64,000 nt of DNA, from positions 7,484 through 71,483 of the forward strand of contig JBAZYD010000008.1 of the NCBI GenBank assembly GCA_041659465.1, given 5' to 3'. This DNA is from Candidatus Micrarchaeia archaeon. GTDB lineage: Archaea; Micrarchaeota; Micrarchaeia; Anstonellales; Anstonellaceae. Shown here one piece after another: positions 16,232 through 24,838 of this stretch (the first letter of the stretch is position 1; every line of letters starts with the position of its first letter). Below the pieces are notes generated by a model. The model had not been told where the DNA came from and made no database searches. It was given only the letters and a program-made list of their open reading frames with translations. The translations under genes and the position numbers were made by a program.

Positions 16232-18150
16232 TTTTTCGTCTTTTTCAGGAATTCCTGCGCTTCCGCCGCGTCCACCCTGAGGCGGTACTTTGCCATGAGC
16301 TCCGCGAGGCTGAGCTTTTCCTCATCGATAAGTGCTGCAAGCGACTTGCCGCTTATTTTGGAAAGCGAGAGCGTTTCCGTTGCAGATTTGGCGGTGGCTG
16401 CTGCGTCTTTGCACATTTCGCGCAGTATGTCCTGCATGGCGGCGCGCGCAAAAACGCCTTCCTGGCAGGCGGAAAGCGCAAAAAGCAGGCGCTCCTCGTC
16501 AAGCGCGCGCGTGTCTGAGCCTTCGCGCTTGAGGGATTGCAGCGTGTTTGTGATGGTGGAGGCGACGAGCTTGCCGTCGATTCCCGCCTCGATTGCGGTA
16601 ATATAAACCGAAAGCTCCGGAGTGAGCGCGCGGCTCTTGTGGGAGGGGGCGTGCGAGAGGAGCCCTTTTGCCGCGGCCAACTGCGCGGAAAGCTCGGCTG
16701 GGAGGGAGGAGAGGGCATCCTTTGTTTCTGCCTCGGATGCCTGGATGGCGCTTGCCGCTTTTTTTGCCGCTGCAAGCATTCCATCAGTTATCGATATGGG
16801 CTCCACGTCGGTTTCGGGATACATGCGCGCCCGGCCTGGCAGCGGGCGCATGTAGCTGGAGGTGCCATCAGGGTTGGCGCGGCGGGTTTCCTCGATTATC
16901 GTGAATCGTATTGCGCGGCTGAAAGCGGCGGAAAGCGCTGCGCGCGCCTTTTTTTCGTCGGCGACCACCAGGAGGAAGGCATCCTCGGGCTTGAGCGAAA
17001 GCGCCATGCGAAGCTCGGAAATCTCGTCGTCCGAAAAGCCGTATTTCTCCATGCTCTCGTCCGAGTGCACCAATCCGCGCACGCCGTAGGCGCGCGCATA
17101 GTCGGCAAGCTCGCTGCCGAAGCGGCGGTTGGGCGAGATTTCAGTGCCGAGAAGCCCTGCGTATTTGGGAAGGGGGATGGCAAGCACGCGCGCATGGCCC
17201 TTGAGCGCCTTTGAGACCATCTGGCACTGCGTGTTCGCAAATGCGTCCGTGATGTCGAATATGCTCTCAGGCGGCAGCTTGCCTGCGAGGCGCGATTTTG
17301 CCTCGGAAAGTACAGATAGGAGCTTTTCCTGGCGCTGCACCTCGAGGTCCACGGTAAGCGCGATTAATGAGAGGTCCTGCACGCCCTTTATTTCCACGCG
17401 CGCGCCTTGCGGGATGGAAATGTTGAGGTCCTGGCGTATGGTGCCTATGCCGCGGCTCACCATGCCGGTTTTCCGCAGCAGCGTGCCTATTGCAAGCGCG
17501 GCTTCCTGCGCCTCCTTTCCAGAGTGCAAATCAGGCGAGGTGGCGATTTCGACAAGGGGAATGCCGAGGCGGGACAGGTCGTATTGCGCATGCTCTCCCC
17601 TGCCTTGCATAGGCTGCCCGCCAGATGTGGAGCCGTCTTTCCCCTCCATTATGCCTGCGCTTTCCTCCTCTATGCAGATTGTCTGTATGGGAAGCTTGCC
17701 GGACTTGGTGCTGATGAAGCCTCCAATCCCGATGATTGCGGTGCGCTGGAAGCCCGAAGTGTTGCTGCCGTCAATCACGTTCTTGCGCATGACATGGAGC
17801 ACGTCCACTGGCTGTGAAGAAAGGAGGGAGCATATCGTGAGGGAGGAGTGCAGGGCTTCGGGCGAGAGGGAGTGCGGCGGCTCCTCGTCGGATTCCACCA
17901 GGCAGGTGGAGGGCGCGGGCGCAACATAGGAGAACGTGCGGCTGCGGCTCGCCTCCGCCGCGGAGGCTGCGTCCACCTCGCCAAGCTCGGAGCGCACGGT
18001 GTGCAGCCTGCGGGTGAAATTTTCGGATTCAGGCGCGCCTTGCGCAGGGCTGGATGGGCCTGCCGTTGCATCGCCTGCCTCAGGTGGCACGCAGGAGCAG
18101 AACAGCTTCCTGCCGGACAGGCGCTGGTGTATTTCAAGGCCGCACATCAT
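16228..18150 (-). CDS. gatE: Glu-tRNA(Gln) amidotransferase subunit E
   Basis: MMCGLEIHQRL N-terminus, a GatB/E-type core and a C-terminal tail. The track start at 18165 is TTG; ATG lies at 18150. Confidence 0.9.
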   Translation of the reverse strand: MMCGLEIHQRLSGRKLFCSCVPPEAGDATAGPSSPAQGAPESENFTRRLHTVRSELGEVDAASAAEASRSRTFSYVAPAPSTCLVESDEEPPHSLSPEALHSSLTICSLLSSQPVDVLHVMRKNVIDGSNTSGFQRTAIIGIGGFISTKSGKLPIQTICIEEESAGIMEGKDGSTSGGQPMQGRGEHAQYDLSRLGIPLVEIATSPDLHSGKEAQEAALAIGTLLRKTGMVSRGIGTIRQDLNISIPQGARVEIKGVQDLSLIALTVDLEVQRQEKLLSVLSEAKSRLAGKLPPESIFDITDAFANTQCQMVSKALKGHARVLAIPLPKYAGLLGTEISPNRRFGSELADYARAYGVRGLVHSDESMEKYGFSDDEISELRMALSLKPEDAFLLVVADEKKARAALSAAFSRAIRFTIIEETRRANPDGTSSYMRPLPGRARMYPETDVEPISITDGMLAAAKKAASAIQASEAETKDALSSLPAELSAQLAAAKGLLSHAPSHKSRALTPELSVYITAIEAGIDGKLVASTITNTLQSLKREGSDTRALDEERLLFALSACQEGVFARAAMQDILREMCKDAAATAKSATETLSLSKISGKSLAALIDEEKLSLAELMAKYRLRVDAAEAQEFLKKTKK

Positions 18151-18173
18151 AGCTACCACGTTCAAACCGCAAA

Positions 18174-19550
18174 CTAGAAGTCAAAATCCACTATTTCCGA
18201 GCGCACGGAAATCTCGCCCGCGATGTTTTTCTCCATCATTTCGCGCACGCGCGCCATTTTCTTCTCGCGCCCAAGCACCCATATCAGCTTGGCGTATGCC
18301 GCCTCCGGCGTGAAGTCGCACATGTGCCCGATTGCGCCTGCCTCGGCAAGCACCCTGCCGGACGAGTAGACGTTGAGGTTTATCCTGCCGTAAATCGTCT
18401 GCGGCGCGATTACCACCGGGATGCCGGAAGAGATGAGCGCGGAAATCTCCTTGATGACCGGCACGGCATCCTTGTTGTTGGAGGTATTCGAGGGCACGTG
18501 CCCAAGCCCGGTACCCGCAATCACCACGCCGTCGTATTTTGAGAGGGAAGCCAGCATTTCAGGCTTTATGCCAGGGTAAGAGTAGATGAGCGCGACGTTG
18601 GGGTTGAGCCTGGTGTCAAGCAAGAGCTTGCCTTGGTTCCTCGGCTGCGCGAGTTGGGAGATTCTCTCGAACTTGCCCGAAAGCGGGGACACGCGCGCTG
18701 CGGGCCTGCAGTTTATGGAACGGAAGGCGTCGCGCCGCGACGTGTGCATCTTTCGCACCTTGGCGCCGAAGTGGAGGAGGCAGGAGTCGTCCGAGAGGTT
18801 CTCATGCATGCAGATGAACACGCCGGACAAATCAGAGCCTGCGCCAAGAAGAGCAGCCTGCATGTTGAGCGCCGCATCGGACGAGCTCCTGTCCGAGCTT
18901 CGCTGGCTGCCTGTGAAAATCACAGGGCAGGGAAGGTTTTGCAGCATGAAAGAGAGCGCCGCGGACGAATAGGACATCGTGTCCGTGCCGTGCGTGATGG
19001 CCACGCCCTGCGCGCCGTCGTTTATTTCGTCGGCCGCAGCCTGCGCGATTTTCTGCCAGTGGACTGGCGTGGTGTCCTCGGATGATATTGAAAAGAGCGA
19101 TTTCGCGCGCAGCGGCTTTTTCGAGAGGTGGGCAAATGCGTCCACAAGCTCCGCAGGCGTGGTTGCCGCATCCACTGCGCCTGTGCGGTAGTCGATTCTG
19201 GAGGCTATGGTGCCTCCGCAGCCCAGTATGGTGAGGAAATCCTTCTTTGGCGCCGAAGCGGCGCGCACCTGAGCAGCCGAGGACGGGGGCTTCCCGGTTT
19301 CGACTACCTTGATTTTCTGCACGTTTTCCTTCCTTATCCCTATGTTGTAGCCTGAGGAAAGCTTGATGGAGATTGCACTTGGGTCGGAGGACGGGAGCAA
19401 TATTCCCTTGTGCTCGCCGCTTGGGCCTGAAACCAGAACCGAGTCGCCCGGCTGGGCGGCGTTTTCAGCCGCGCCTTGCCCGATGGCGCCAGGAACGGCT
19501 TGCCTGCCGGACGGCGCTGCGGGGGCTTTTTGGGATTTTGCCTTTGCCAT
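18174..19550 (-). CDS. gatD: Glu-tRNA(Gln) amidotransferase subunit D
   Basis: Asparaginase-like domain (LGCGGTIAS, ITHGTDTM). The ATG at 19550 (MAKAKSQK...) fits the shared-TATA geometry. The upstream 43 codons of the track ORF overlap the promoter. Confidence 0.9.
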   Translation of the reverse strand: MAKAKSQKAPAAPSGRQAVPGAIGQGAAENAAQPGDSVLVSGPSGEHKGILLPSSDPSAISIKLSSGYNIGIRKENVQKIKVVETGKPPSSAAQVRAASAPKKDFLTILGCGGTIASRIDYRTGAVDAATTPAELVDAFAHLSKKPLRAKSLFSISSEDTTPVHWQKIAQAAADEINDGAQGVAITHGTDTMSYSSAALSFMLQNLPCPVIFTGSQRSSDRSSSDAALNMQAALLGAGSDLSGVFICMHENLSDDSCLLHFGAKVRKMHTSRRDAFRSINCRPAARVSPLSGKFERISQLAQPRNQGKLLLDTRLNPNVALIYSYPGIKPEMLASLSKYDGVVIAGTGLGHVPSNTSNNKDAVPVIKEISALISSGIPVVIAPQTIYGRINLNVYSSGRVLAEAGAIGHMCDFTPEAAYAKLIWVLGREKKMARVREMMEKNIAGEISVRSEIVDFDF

Positions 19551-19571
19551 GCAGGAAATTGGGCGCCTCAG

Positions 19572-19579
19572 TTTTAAAT
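19572..19579. promoter_or_regulatory. shared central TATA box (ttttaaat) of a divergent pair
   Basis: It lies 22 nt from the ATG at 19550 (minus) and 23 nt from the ATG at 19602 (plus). Confidence 0.6.
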
Positions 19580-19601
19580 GGCTAGGTGGCGAAATAGGCA
19601 T

Positions 19602-20690
19602 ATGGGATATGAAGAGAAGCTGCGCGAGCTCGAAGAGGAGATGGCGCGCACGCAGAAGAACAAGGCTACCGAGTACCACATCGGGCTTCTCAAGGCAAAG
19701 ATTGCAAAGCTCAAGCGCGAGATAATCGCGCCCAAGAAATCAGGCGTGAGGACTGGCGGCTTTGACGTCAAGAAAAGCGGGGACGCCACGGTTGTCTTCA
19801 TCGGCTTGCCCTCGGTCGGAAAGTCCACACTGCTGAACGTGCTGACAGGGGCTAAATCAAAAACGGCTTCATATGCCTTCACCACGCTCACATGCATTCC
19901 AGGCGTGATGGAATACAACGGGGCGAAGATACAGCTTTTGGACTTGCCCGGCATTATTGTCGGGGCGAAAGAGGGAAAGGGGCGCGGCAAGGAAGTGCTT
20001 GCTGTTGCAAGGAATGCTGACCTTGTGCTCATACTTCTCGATGTTTTCCAGCCCGGCATCCTTGCGAACATAAAGGACGAGCTTGCGGGCATAGGCATCC
20101 GCCTTGACGAGGAGCCGCCCAAGATATACATTACAAAAAAACTCCGGGGAGGAGTGGAGATAAATTCCACCGTGCCGCTCACCAAGCTGAACGAGAGGAT
20201 GATAACGGGCGTGATAAACGAGTACGGGATGCACAATGCGTCCATTGTCTTCCGCGAGGATGCCACCGTGGACAGGCTCATCGACGTGCTTGCAGGCAAC
20301 CGCAAGTACAACCACTCGCTTGTCGTGCTCAACAAGGTGGACATGGTGAGCGAGGAATACCTCAAGGCGATAAAATTCGACTATGTGCCTGTTTCCGCAG
20401 AGAAAGGGCAGAATGTCGAGGAACTGAAGAAGGCGATTTTTGATGGCCTGCGCATGATGAGGGTGTACACCAAGCCGCGCATGGACGTTGCAGATTTGAA
20501 GGAGCCCATGATGATGAGGACAGGGGCCACTATCGAGGATGCGTGCAACAGGCTGCACCGCGACCTCGCGCGCGACTTCAAGTACGCGCTCGTCTGGGGC
20601 AAGAGCGCGAAATTCCCTGGGCAGAAGGTGGGCATACAGCACGTGCTGCAGGAAGGGGACATTTTCTCGATAATTAAGAAGCAGGGATAG
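19602..20690 (+). CDS. DRG-family GTPase with TGS domain
   Basis: GLPSVGKSTLLN, FTTLTCIPG, DLPGII, NKVD and a C-terminal TGS-like segment. Confidence 0.9.
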   Translation: MGYEEKLRELEEEMARTQKNKATEYHIGLLKAKIAKLKREIIAPKKSGVRTGGFDVKKSGDATVVFIGLPSVGKSTLLNVLTGAKSKTASYAFTTLTCIPGVMEYNGAKIQLLDLPGIIVGAKEGKGRGKEVLAVARNADLVLILLDVFQPGILANIKDELAGIGIRLDEEPPKIYITKKLRGGVEINSTVPLTKLNERMITGVINEYGMHNASIVFREDATVDRLIDVLAGNRKYNHSLVVLNKVDMVSEEYLKAIKFDYVPVSAEKGQNVEELKKAIFDGLRMMRVYTKPRMDVADLKEPMMMRTGATIEDACNRLHRDLARDFKYALVWGKSAKFPGQKVGIQHVLQEGDIFSIIKKQG

Positions 20691-20723
20691 GGCAGCGCTG
20701 CCGCCAAAAAAAACAGTGGTCTG

Positions 20724-21326
20724 ATGATTACAACCATTATCTTTGACCTTTCAGAAGTATATCTTACAGGGCTTCTGGGCGCAGAGCACAACCTGGAAAA
20801 AATACTCGGAATCAAGGCAAATGAGATAAAAAGAGGGCTGACTGGACCGGAATTGGCTGCTTTTTTCCATGGCGAACTGACAGAGGATGAATATTGGCTG
20901 AGAATTATTGAGAAACACAAATGGAAAGCCAGTGCTGGCGAACTCAAGAAAGCCGTCCGGAAAAACTTCAACGAGATAGAGGGAACCAGGAAGATTATGG
21001 AGCAATTGAAGGAGGATGGCTTCAGATTGGGATTGTTATCGGTGCATACGAGGGAATGGGTGGATTACTGCGAGGGAAAATTCGGCTACCATAAATTATT
21101 CCATTCCACGCTGTATTCATTCGAAGCCGCAGCATCAAAGCCGGACAAGAAGGTTTATCGGATGATCCTCACGAAGCTGAAATCATCGCCGGAAGAATGC
21201 ATTTTCATCGATGACCATCCAGAGAACCTGATTCCAGCCAGGGAGATGGGGATGAAGGCTGTTCTTTTCAAGAATTCCAGGCAGTTGAAACGAGACTTGG
21301 CTTTCTTGGGGATTGCTGTACGCTAA
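20724..21326 (+). CDS. HAD-superfamily hydrolase
   Basis: N-terminal IIFDLSEVY (DxS/DxD-type motif I) and FIDDHPEN (motif IV). Visibly AT-richer than its neighbours. Confidence 0.75.
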   Translation: MITTIIFDLSEVYLTGLLGAEHNLEKILGIKANEIKRGLTGPELAAFFHGELTEDEYWLRIIEKHKWKASAGELKKAVRKNFNEIEGTRKIMEQLKEDGFRLGLLSVHTREWVDYCEGKFGYHKLFHSTLYSFEAAASKPDKKVYRMILTKLKSSPEECIFIDDHPENLIPAREMGMKAVLFKNSRQLKRDLAFLGIAVR

Positions 21327-21345
21327 AAAGAAGGATGTAGCTCGG

Positions 21346-21648
21346 CTATTTTTTCCTTATCTTCCTGTTCATCATGAACGCGCCGCCGCGCTTTTGCAGC
21401 GCGATTCTCTCCGAGAAGTCCAGTATCTTGATTTCGTTGCCGCGCTGGATGGCGCTCACCATGGGCTCGCCGCGCTCGCTTGAGAGGGTGAGCTCGGTCT
21501 GCCCCTGCGCCACGGTCACGGTCATGCGCTGGCGGCTGCCGTTGAGGTCGAACTCGAAGCTGTATGCCTTGCCGTCGGAGGTTACGCGCACCTCCTTTAT
21601 CTTGTCCCAGGGGATTGTGCCGGGCTTTGGTAGCTTTTCCTTGCCCAT
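21346..21648 (-). CDS. small hypothetical protein (paralog of 21825-22025)
   Basis: 100 aa. It shares the pattern Y-S-x-x-x-x-x-G-x(5)-T-x-x-V-x(4)-TEL[ST]L with the 66-aa ORF. Confidence 0.5.
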   Translation of the reverse strand: MGKEKLPKPGTIPWDKIKEVRVTSDGKAYSFEFDLNGSRQRMTVTVAQGQTELTLSSERGEPMVSAIQRGNEIKILDFSERIALQKRGGAFMMNRKIRKK

Positions 21649-21656
21649 AAGAAGAC

Positions 21657-21815
21657 CTAAACCCCGTGTACCTTTAAAAGCATCTGTTCGCAGGCCGGGC
21701 CGACTGCCTTGAGCAGCCGCTGCGCATCCTTGCCAGTGAAAATTTCCACCTGCTGCTTGAATGCCTGCCCTTCCTGCGGCGCATTTTTCTGCATTCCGAC
21801 CTGGAAAACGAACAT
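21657..21815 (-). CDS. possible 52-aa small protein
   Basis: Hand translation: MFVFQVGMQKNAPQEGQAFKQQVEIFTGKDAQRLLKAVGPACEQMLLKVHGV. It fills the gap between two same-strand small genes and is below the track cutoff. Confidence 0.3.
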   Translation of the reverse strand: MFVFQVGMQKNAPQEGQAFKQQVEIFTGKDAQRLLKAVGPACEQMLLKVHGV

Positions 21816-21824
21816 GCCAACACC

Positions 21825-22025
21825 TCAGAATTTTTCGTGCGTGACTTCCTTGTCCTCCTCGCGCAGAATCTCGACGAGCTTGCCATCCTTCACCAGGGAA
21901 AGTTCGGTGGAATCCTTGCCGACGCGGAGAGTGAATATCCTGGTTGCGCCGCCAACCTCGAGCTTGACCGAGTATATCGCGTTGCCGTTTGTTTTTTTCG
22001 CGGGCATCTTAGGCAATTTGCTCAA
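21825..22025 (-). CDS. small hypothetical protein (paralog of 21346-21648)
   Basis: 66 aa, AIYSVKLEVGGATRIFTLRVGKDSTELSLVKDGKLVEIL. Confidence 0.5.
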   Translation of the reverse strand: MSKLPKMPAKKTNGNAIYSVKLEVGGATRIFTLRVGKDSTELSLVKDGKLVEILREEDKEVTHEKF

Positions 22026-22275
22026 CTCCGACCGTTGTTTTCATTCCTGCGAGGATTGCAGGGTTCTTCCTTGACTCGGCAATGAGCGACGCGAGGTCCT
22101 TTTTTATCACCGAGTCGAATGGGAACTGGTCCGCCACCTTGGCGAGGAAAAAGAGGGTTTCATTGTTGCGCTTCACAGTGGTCTCCTTGGTGACGAAAAA
22201 CAGGTTTTCCCCGGGTTTGTGGATTTGCCTGCCGATCTTCAATGCCGGCATTTCGATTGTTGCTTCGGGCGCCAT
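22009..22275 (-). CDS. small hypothetical protein
   Basis: ATG at 22275 (MAPEATIEMPALKIG...) chosen from the shared-TATA geometry. It is the first gene of a four-gene small-protein run. Confidence 0.45.
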   Translation of the reverse strand: MAPEATIEMPALKIGRQIHKPGENLFFVTKETTVKRNNETLFFLAKVADQFPFDSVIKKDLASLIAESRKNPAILAGMKTTVGVEQIA

Positions 22276-22298
22276 GCAAAGTTTCTGTTGCCTGCGCC

Positions 22299-22306
22299 TT
22301 ATATAG
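22299..22306. promoter_or_regulatory. shared central TATA box (ttatatag) of a divergent pair
   Basis: It lies 24 nt from the ATG at 22275 (minus) and 23 nt from the ATG at 22329 (plus). Confidence 0.6.
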
Positions 22307-22328
22307 CTTTTCGTCAAATCCAGATATT

Positions 22329-23006
22329 ATGAATGCAAACGAGCTGGTATCGCACCTGCGCCACAAGGGAAAGGAGAAGAACCTGGAGGGCATGGCGAAC
22401 TTCGGCATCAACGTGGACAATGCGTGCGGGGTTGCCATACCGGAGCTTCGGAGGCTTGCAAAGCACATTGGGTTGCACCACGGGCTGGCATCCGACCTGT
22501 GGCGCACGCAGGTGCACGAGGCAAGGATACTTGCGGCGTACATTGACGATTACAAGCGCGTGACCGAGCGGCAGATGGAGGACTGGGTGGCTGATTTTGA
22601 CTCCTGGGACCTGTGCGACCAGGTGTGCGGCAACCTGTTTGACAAGACAGATTTTGCGCACAAGAAGGCGATTGAGTGGAGCTTTCGCAAGGAGGAATAC
22701 GTGAAGCGCGCTGGCTTTGTGCTCATGGCGACACTGGCAGTGCACGACAAGCGCGCGGGAAAGGCGGCGTTCGAGAAGTTCTTCCCGCACATAATCCGAG
22801 GCTCCACTGATGAGAGGAACTTCGTGAAAAAGGCCGTGAACTGGGCGCTTAGGCAGATTGGCAAGAGGAGCCTCACGCTCAACAAGGAGGCGATTGATGT
22901 CGCGCGCCAGATAGCGAAAATCGACTCCCCTTCGGCAAAATGGGTGGCGTCAAACGCGCTCCATGAATTGGAGGGCGAGGCTGTGCAGAAAAGGCTGAAG
23001 GAATGA
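22329..23006 (+). CDS. DNA alkylation repair protein (AlkC/AlkD-like HEAT repeats)
   Basis: The pattern LWRTQVHEARILAAYI ... DSWDLCDQVCGNLF ... EYVKRAGFVLMATLAVHD ... VKKAVNWALRQIGKR matches my recollection of the family. Start taken at the internal ATG at 22329. Confidence 0.75.
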   Translation: MNANELVSHLRHKGKEKNLEGMANFGINVDNACGVAIPELRRLAKHIGLHHGLASDLWRTQVHEARILAAYIDDYKRVTERQMEDWVADFDSWDLCDQVCGNLFDKTDFAHKKAIEWSFRKEEYVKRAGFVLMATLAVHDKRAGKAAFEKFFPHIIRGSTDERNFVKKAVNWALRQIGKRSLTLNKEAIDVARQIAKIDSPSAKWVASNALHELEGEAVQKRLKE

Positions 23007-23055
23007 TTGGGGCTTTTGACCTGAATTAATAAACATGGCTCGCCAATCTGACTGC

Positions 23056-23907
23056 ATGCCAAAAAAACGCGCGGGTTTTGCAGGCAATCTCTGGAATGCC
23101 TGGGTGTGGGTCGCATCAGGCCTACTCCGCGCCCCGTATCTTGCCACTAAATTCTTCATTTGGGCAATGAGCGCTGCCCTGGGCAAAGCGTCTGCGGCAA
23201 GGGAATGTGCAGCGGTAAAATCAAGCAAGCCGCGCACGGGCGCAGTGTATCAGCCGCTTGCGCTCCAAAAACGGCTGGCAGGCAATCTTGACGAATTCGA
23301 GGGGAAGCTGCTGGCGTCAAAAAGCACGATTGGGCTGGTGCTGGGAGCACGGGGGAGCGGCAAGTCGGCACTGGGCATGCGCATACTTGAAAATATTGCC
23401 GCGAAGGGGGGCAGGAAAGTCTGTGCCATGGGCTTTGACGAGTCCGCGCTCCCGGATTGGATACGCCCCGTGCACGGCGTGGAGGAGGTCCCAAACGGCG
23501 CGTTCGTGCTGATTGACGAGGGAGGCATCACTTTCTCCTCACGTTCGTCGCAGTCGCCTGCAAACAAAATCCTGTCTTCATTGCTCCTTGTGGCAAGGCA
23601 CAAGGACCTCTCGGTGCTTTTCATTTCGCAAAATTCCGCCAATCTCGAGATAAACACCATTAGGCAGGCGGATTACCTCCTGATGAGAAAGCCTTCTCTT
23701 CTGCAGAAGGAGTTCGAGCGGAAAAAAATCGGGCAGATTTACGATGAAATAAGCGCGCAGTTTGCAGGCCTGGAAGACACTGGCAGATATTCCACCTACA
23801 TCTATTCAGACGAATTCCGGGGGTTCGCAGCAAACGCGCTTCCGGATTTTTGGAGCCAGAAGGCGAGCAAGTCGTTCGCCGATTTCAAGGCAGGCCGCCC
23901 TAAATGA
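23056..23907 (+). CDS. small FtsK/HerA-superfamily P-loop ATPase (Zot/packaging-ATPase-like)
   Basis: Walker A LGARGSGKSALG, Walker B AFVLIDEGG and the signature VARHKDLSVLFISQNSANL. The start at 23056 fits TATA ttaataaa (23023-23030); the track start is 23035. Confidence 0.65.
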   Translation: MPKKRAGFAGNLWNAWVWVASGLLRAPYLATKFFIWAMSAALGKASAARECAAVKSSKPRTGAVYQPLALQKRLAGNLDEFEGKLLASKSTIGLVLGARGSGKSALGMRILENIAAKGGRKVCAMGFDESALPDWIRPVHGVEEVPNGAFVLIDEGGITFSSRSSQSPANKILSSLLLVARHKDLSVLFISQNSANLEINTIRQADYLLMRKPSLLQKEFERKKIGQIYDEISAQFAGLEDTGRYSTYIYSDEFRGFAANALPDFWSQKASKSFADFKAGRPK

Positions 23908-23924
23908 ATTCGACCGAAGGCGCA

Positions 23925-23981
23925 AGCAGAACGTCGCAACGTTCTGCTGCGCACCAGAACGGTTCGCCGTTCTGGTCGCGC
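23925..23981. repeat. two tandem perfect 10-bp-stem palindromes sharing the CAGAACG/CGTTCTG core
   Basis: The first is AGCAGAACGT-cgca-ACGTTCTGCT (23925-23948). The second is ACCAGAACGG-ttcg-CCGTTCTGGT (23953-23976) plus a GCGC extension. A third imperfect hairpin lies at 23981-24000. Confidence 0.85.
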
Positions 23982-24160
23982 CCCACTGCAAGCAGCGGGG
24001 CATCATCGCCATTCGGTCGAAATATTGCCAGTTGGGCCCGCCGCAAGCGGCGAGGTATCGCCCATCTGGCAATGAAAATCGCAGGCAGCACGGAAAGGCG
24101 ATGCCATCAATAACCATTATTAAGTAATAGCATATAAGATACTGCATAGAAGGTGACCCG

Positions 24161-24838
24161 ATGCCAAAAGCCGCCAATTACACCGACGAGGAAATTCTGC
24201 TTGCGCTAATCTGGACCATGCCCAGCAAGATGACCAAGGGCCAGATTGGCCGCCTGCTTGGGATCAAGTCCGCCGGGCAGAAGCACTGGAGCGAGCGCTT
24301 CCGGAAGCTTGGCGAGAAGGGGCTGCTTTCGATCGACAAGCTGGATGCCGGGGAATTGTTTTTTGGGTCGCCCATCCTCAAGTATTACCTTACCGAGGCG
24401 AACCTGGAGGCAATCTGGCGCCACTATTTCATCAATTACGACGAGCGCCACAGCCTGGTCAACGACCCTTTCCTCACGCCGTTTTCGGCCGGAATCTGGA
24501 ACGTGACTTCCTCGCCTGACTTTTCCAGGCTGGTCGGCTCGAGGTTCAACTACCATTTCCTTTGCGCCAAGAACAAGGCAAACCCGACCAAGCCCATGGA
24601 GAGCATTGCATCGGTAAGCAAGGAAAAGATCTGGAAAGTGATGGATGCCGTGCTTTCAATCGGCTGGAAGACGGAGGCGTACATGAGGAAGCCTGTGCTC
24701 ATGGACACACTGAATTCTGAACAGAAGAAGACTTACAGCATCATAAAGTCGCTTTACGACGGGCAGGTAAAGGAGCACCCGGCGGACTACAGGAAGTTCA
24801 CGGCGCTATTTGAGAAGAACTTCAAATACTACCTGTAA
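24161..24838 (+). CDS. wHTH-containing hypothetical protein
   Basis: The N-terminus (TKGQIGRLLGIKSAGQKHWSERFRKLGEKGLLSI) looks like an HTH; the rest is unknown. TATA catataag lies about 23 nt upstream. Confidence 0.5.
   Translation: MPKAANYTDEEILLALIWTMPSKMTKGQIGRLLGIKSAGQKHWSERFRKLGEKGLLSIDKLDAGELFFGSPILKYYLTEANLEAIWRHYFINYDERHSLVNDPFLTPFSAGIWNVTSSPDFSRLVGSRFNYHFLCAKNKANPTKPMESIASVSKEKIWKVMDAVLSIGWKTEAYMRKPVLMDTLNSEQKKTYSIIKSLYDGQVKEHPADYRKFTALFEKNFKYYL

Noticed and set aside
23904-24113. 69-aa plus-strand ORF after the small ATPase
   Set aside because: Its translation is Ser/Arg-rich and it coincides with the hairpin cluster. A structured non-coding region is more likely.
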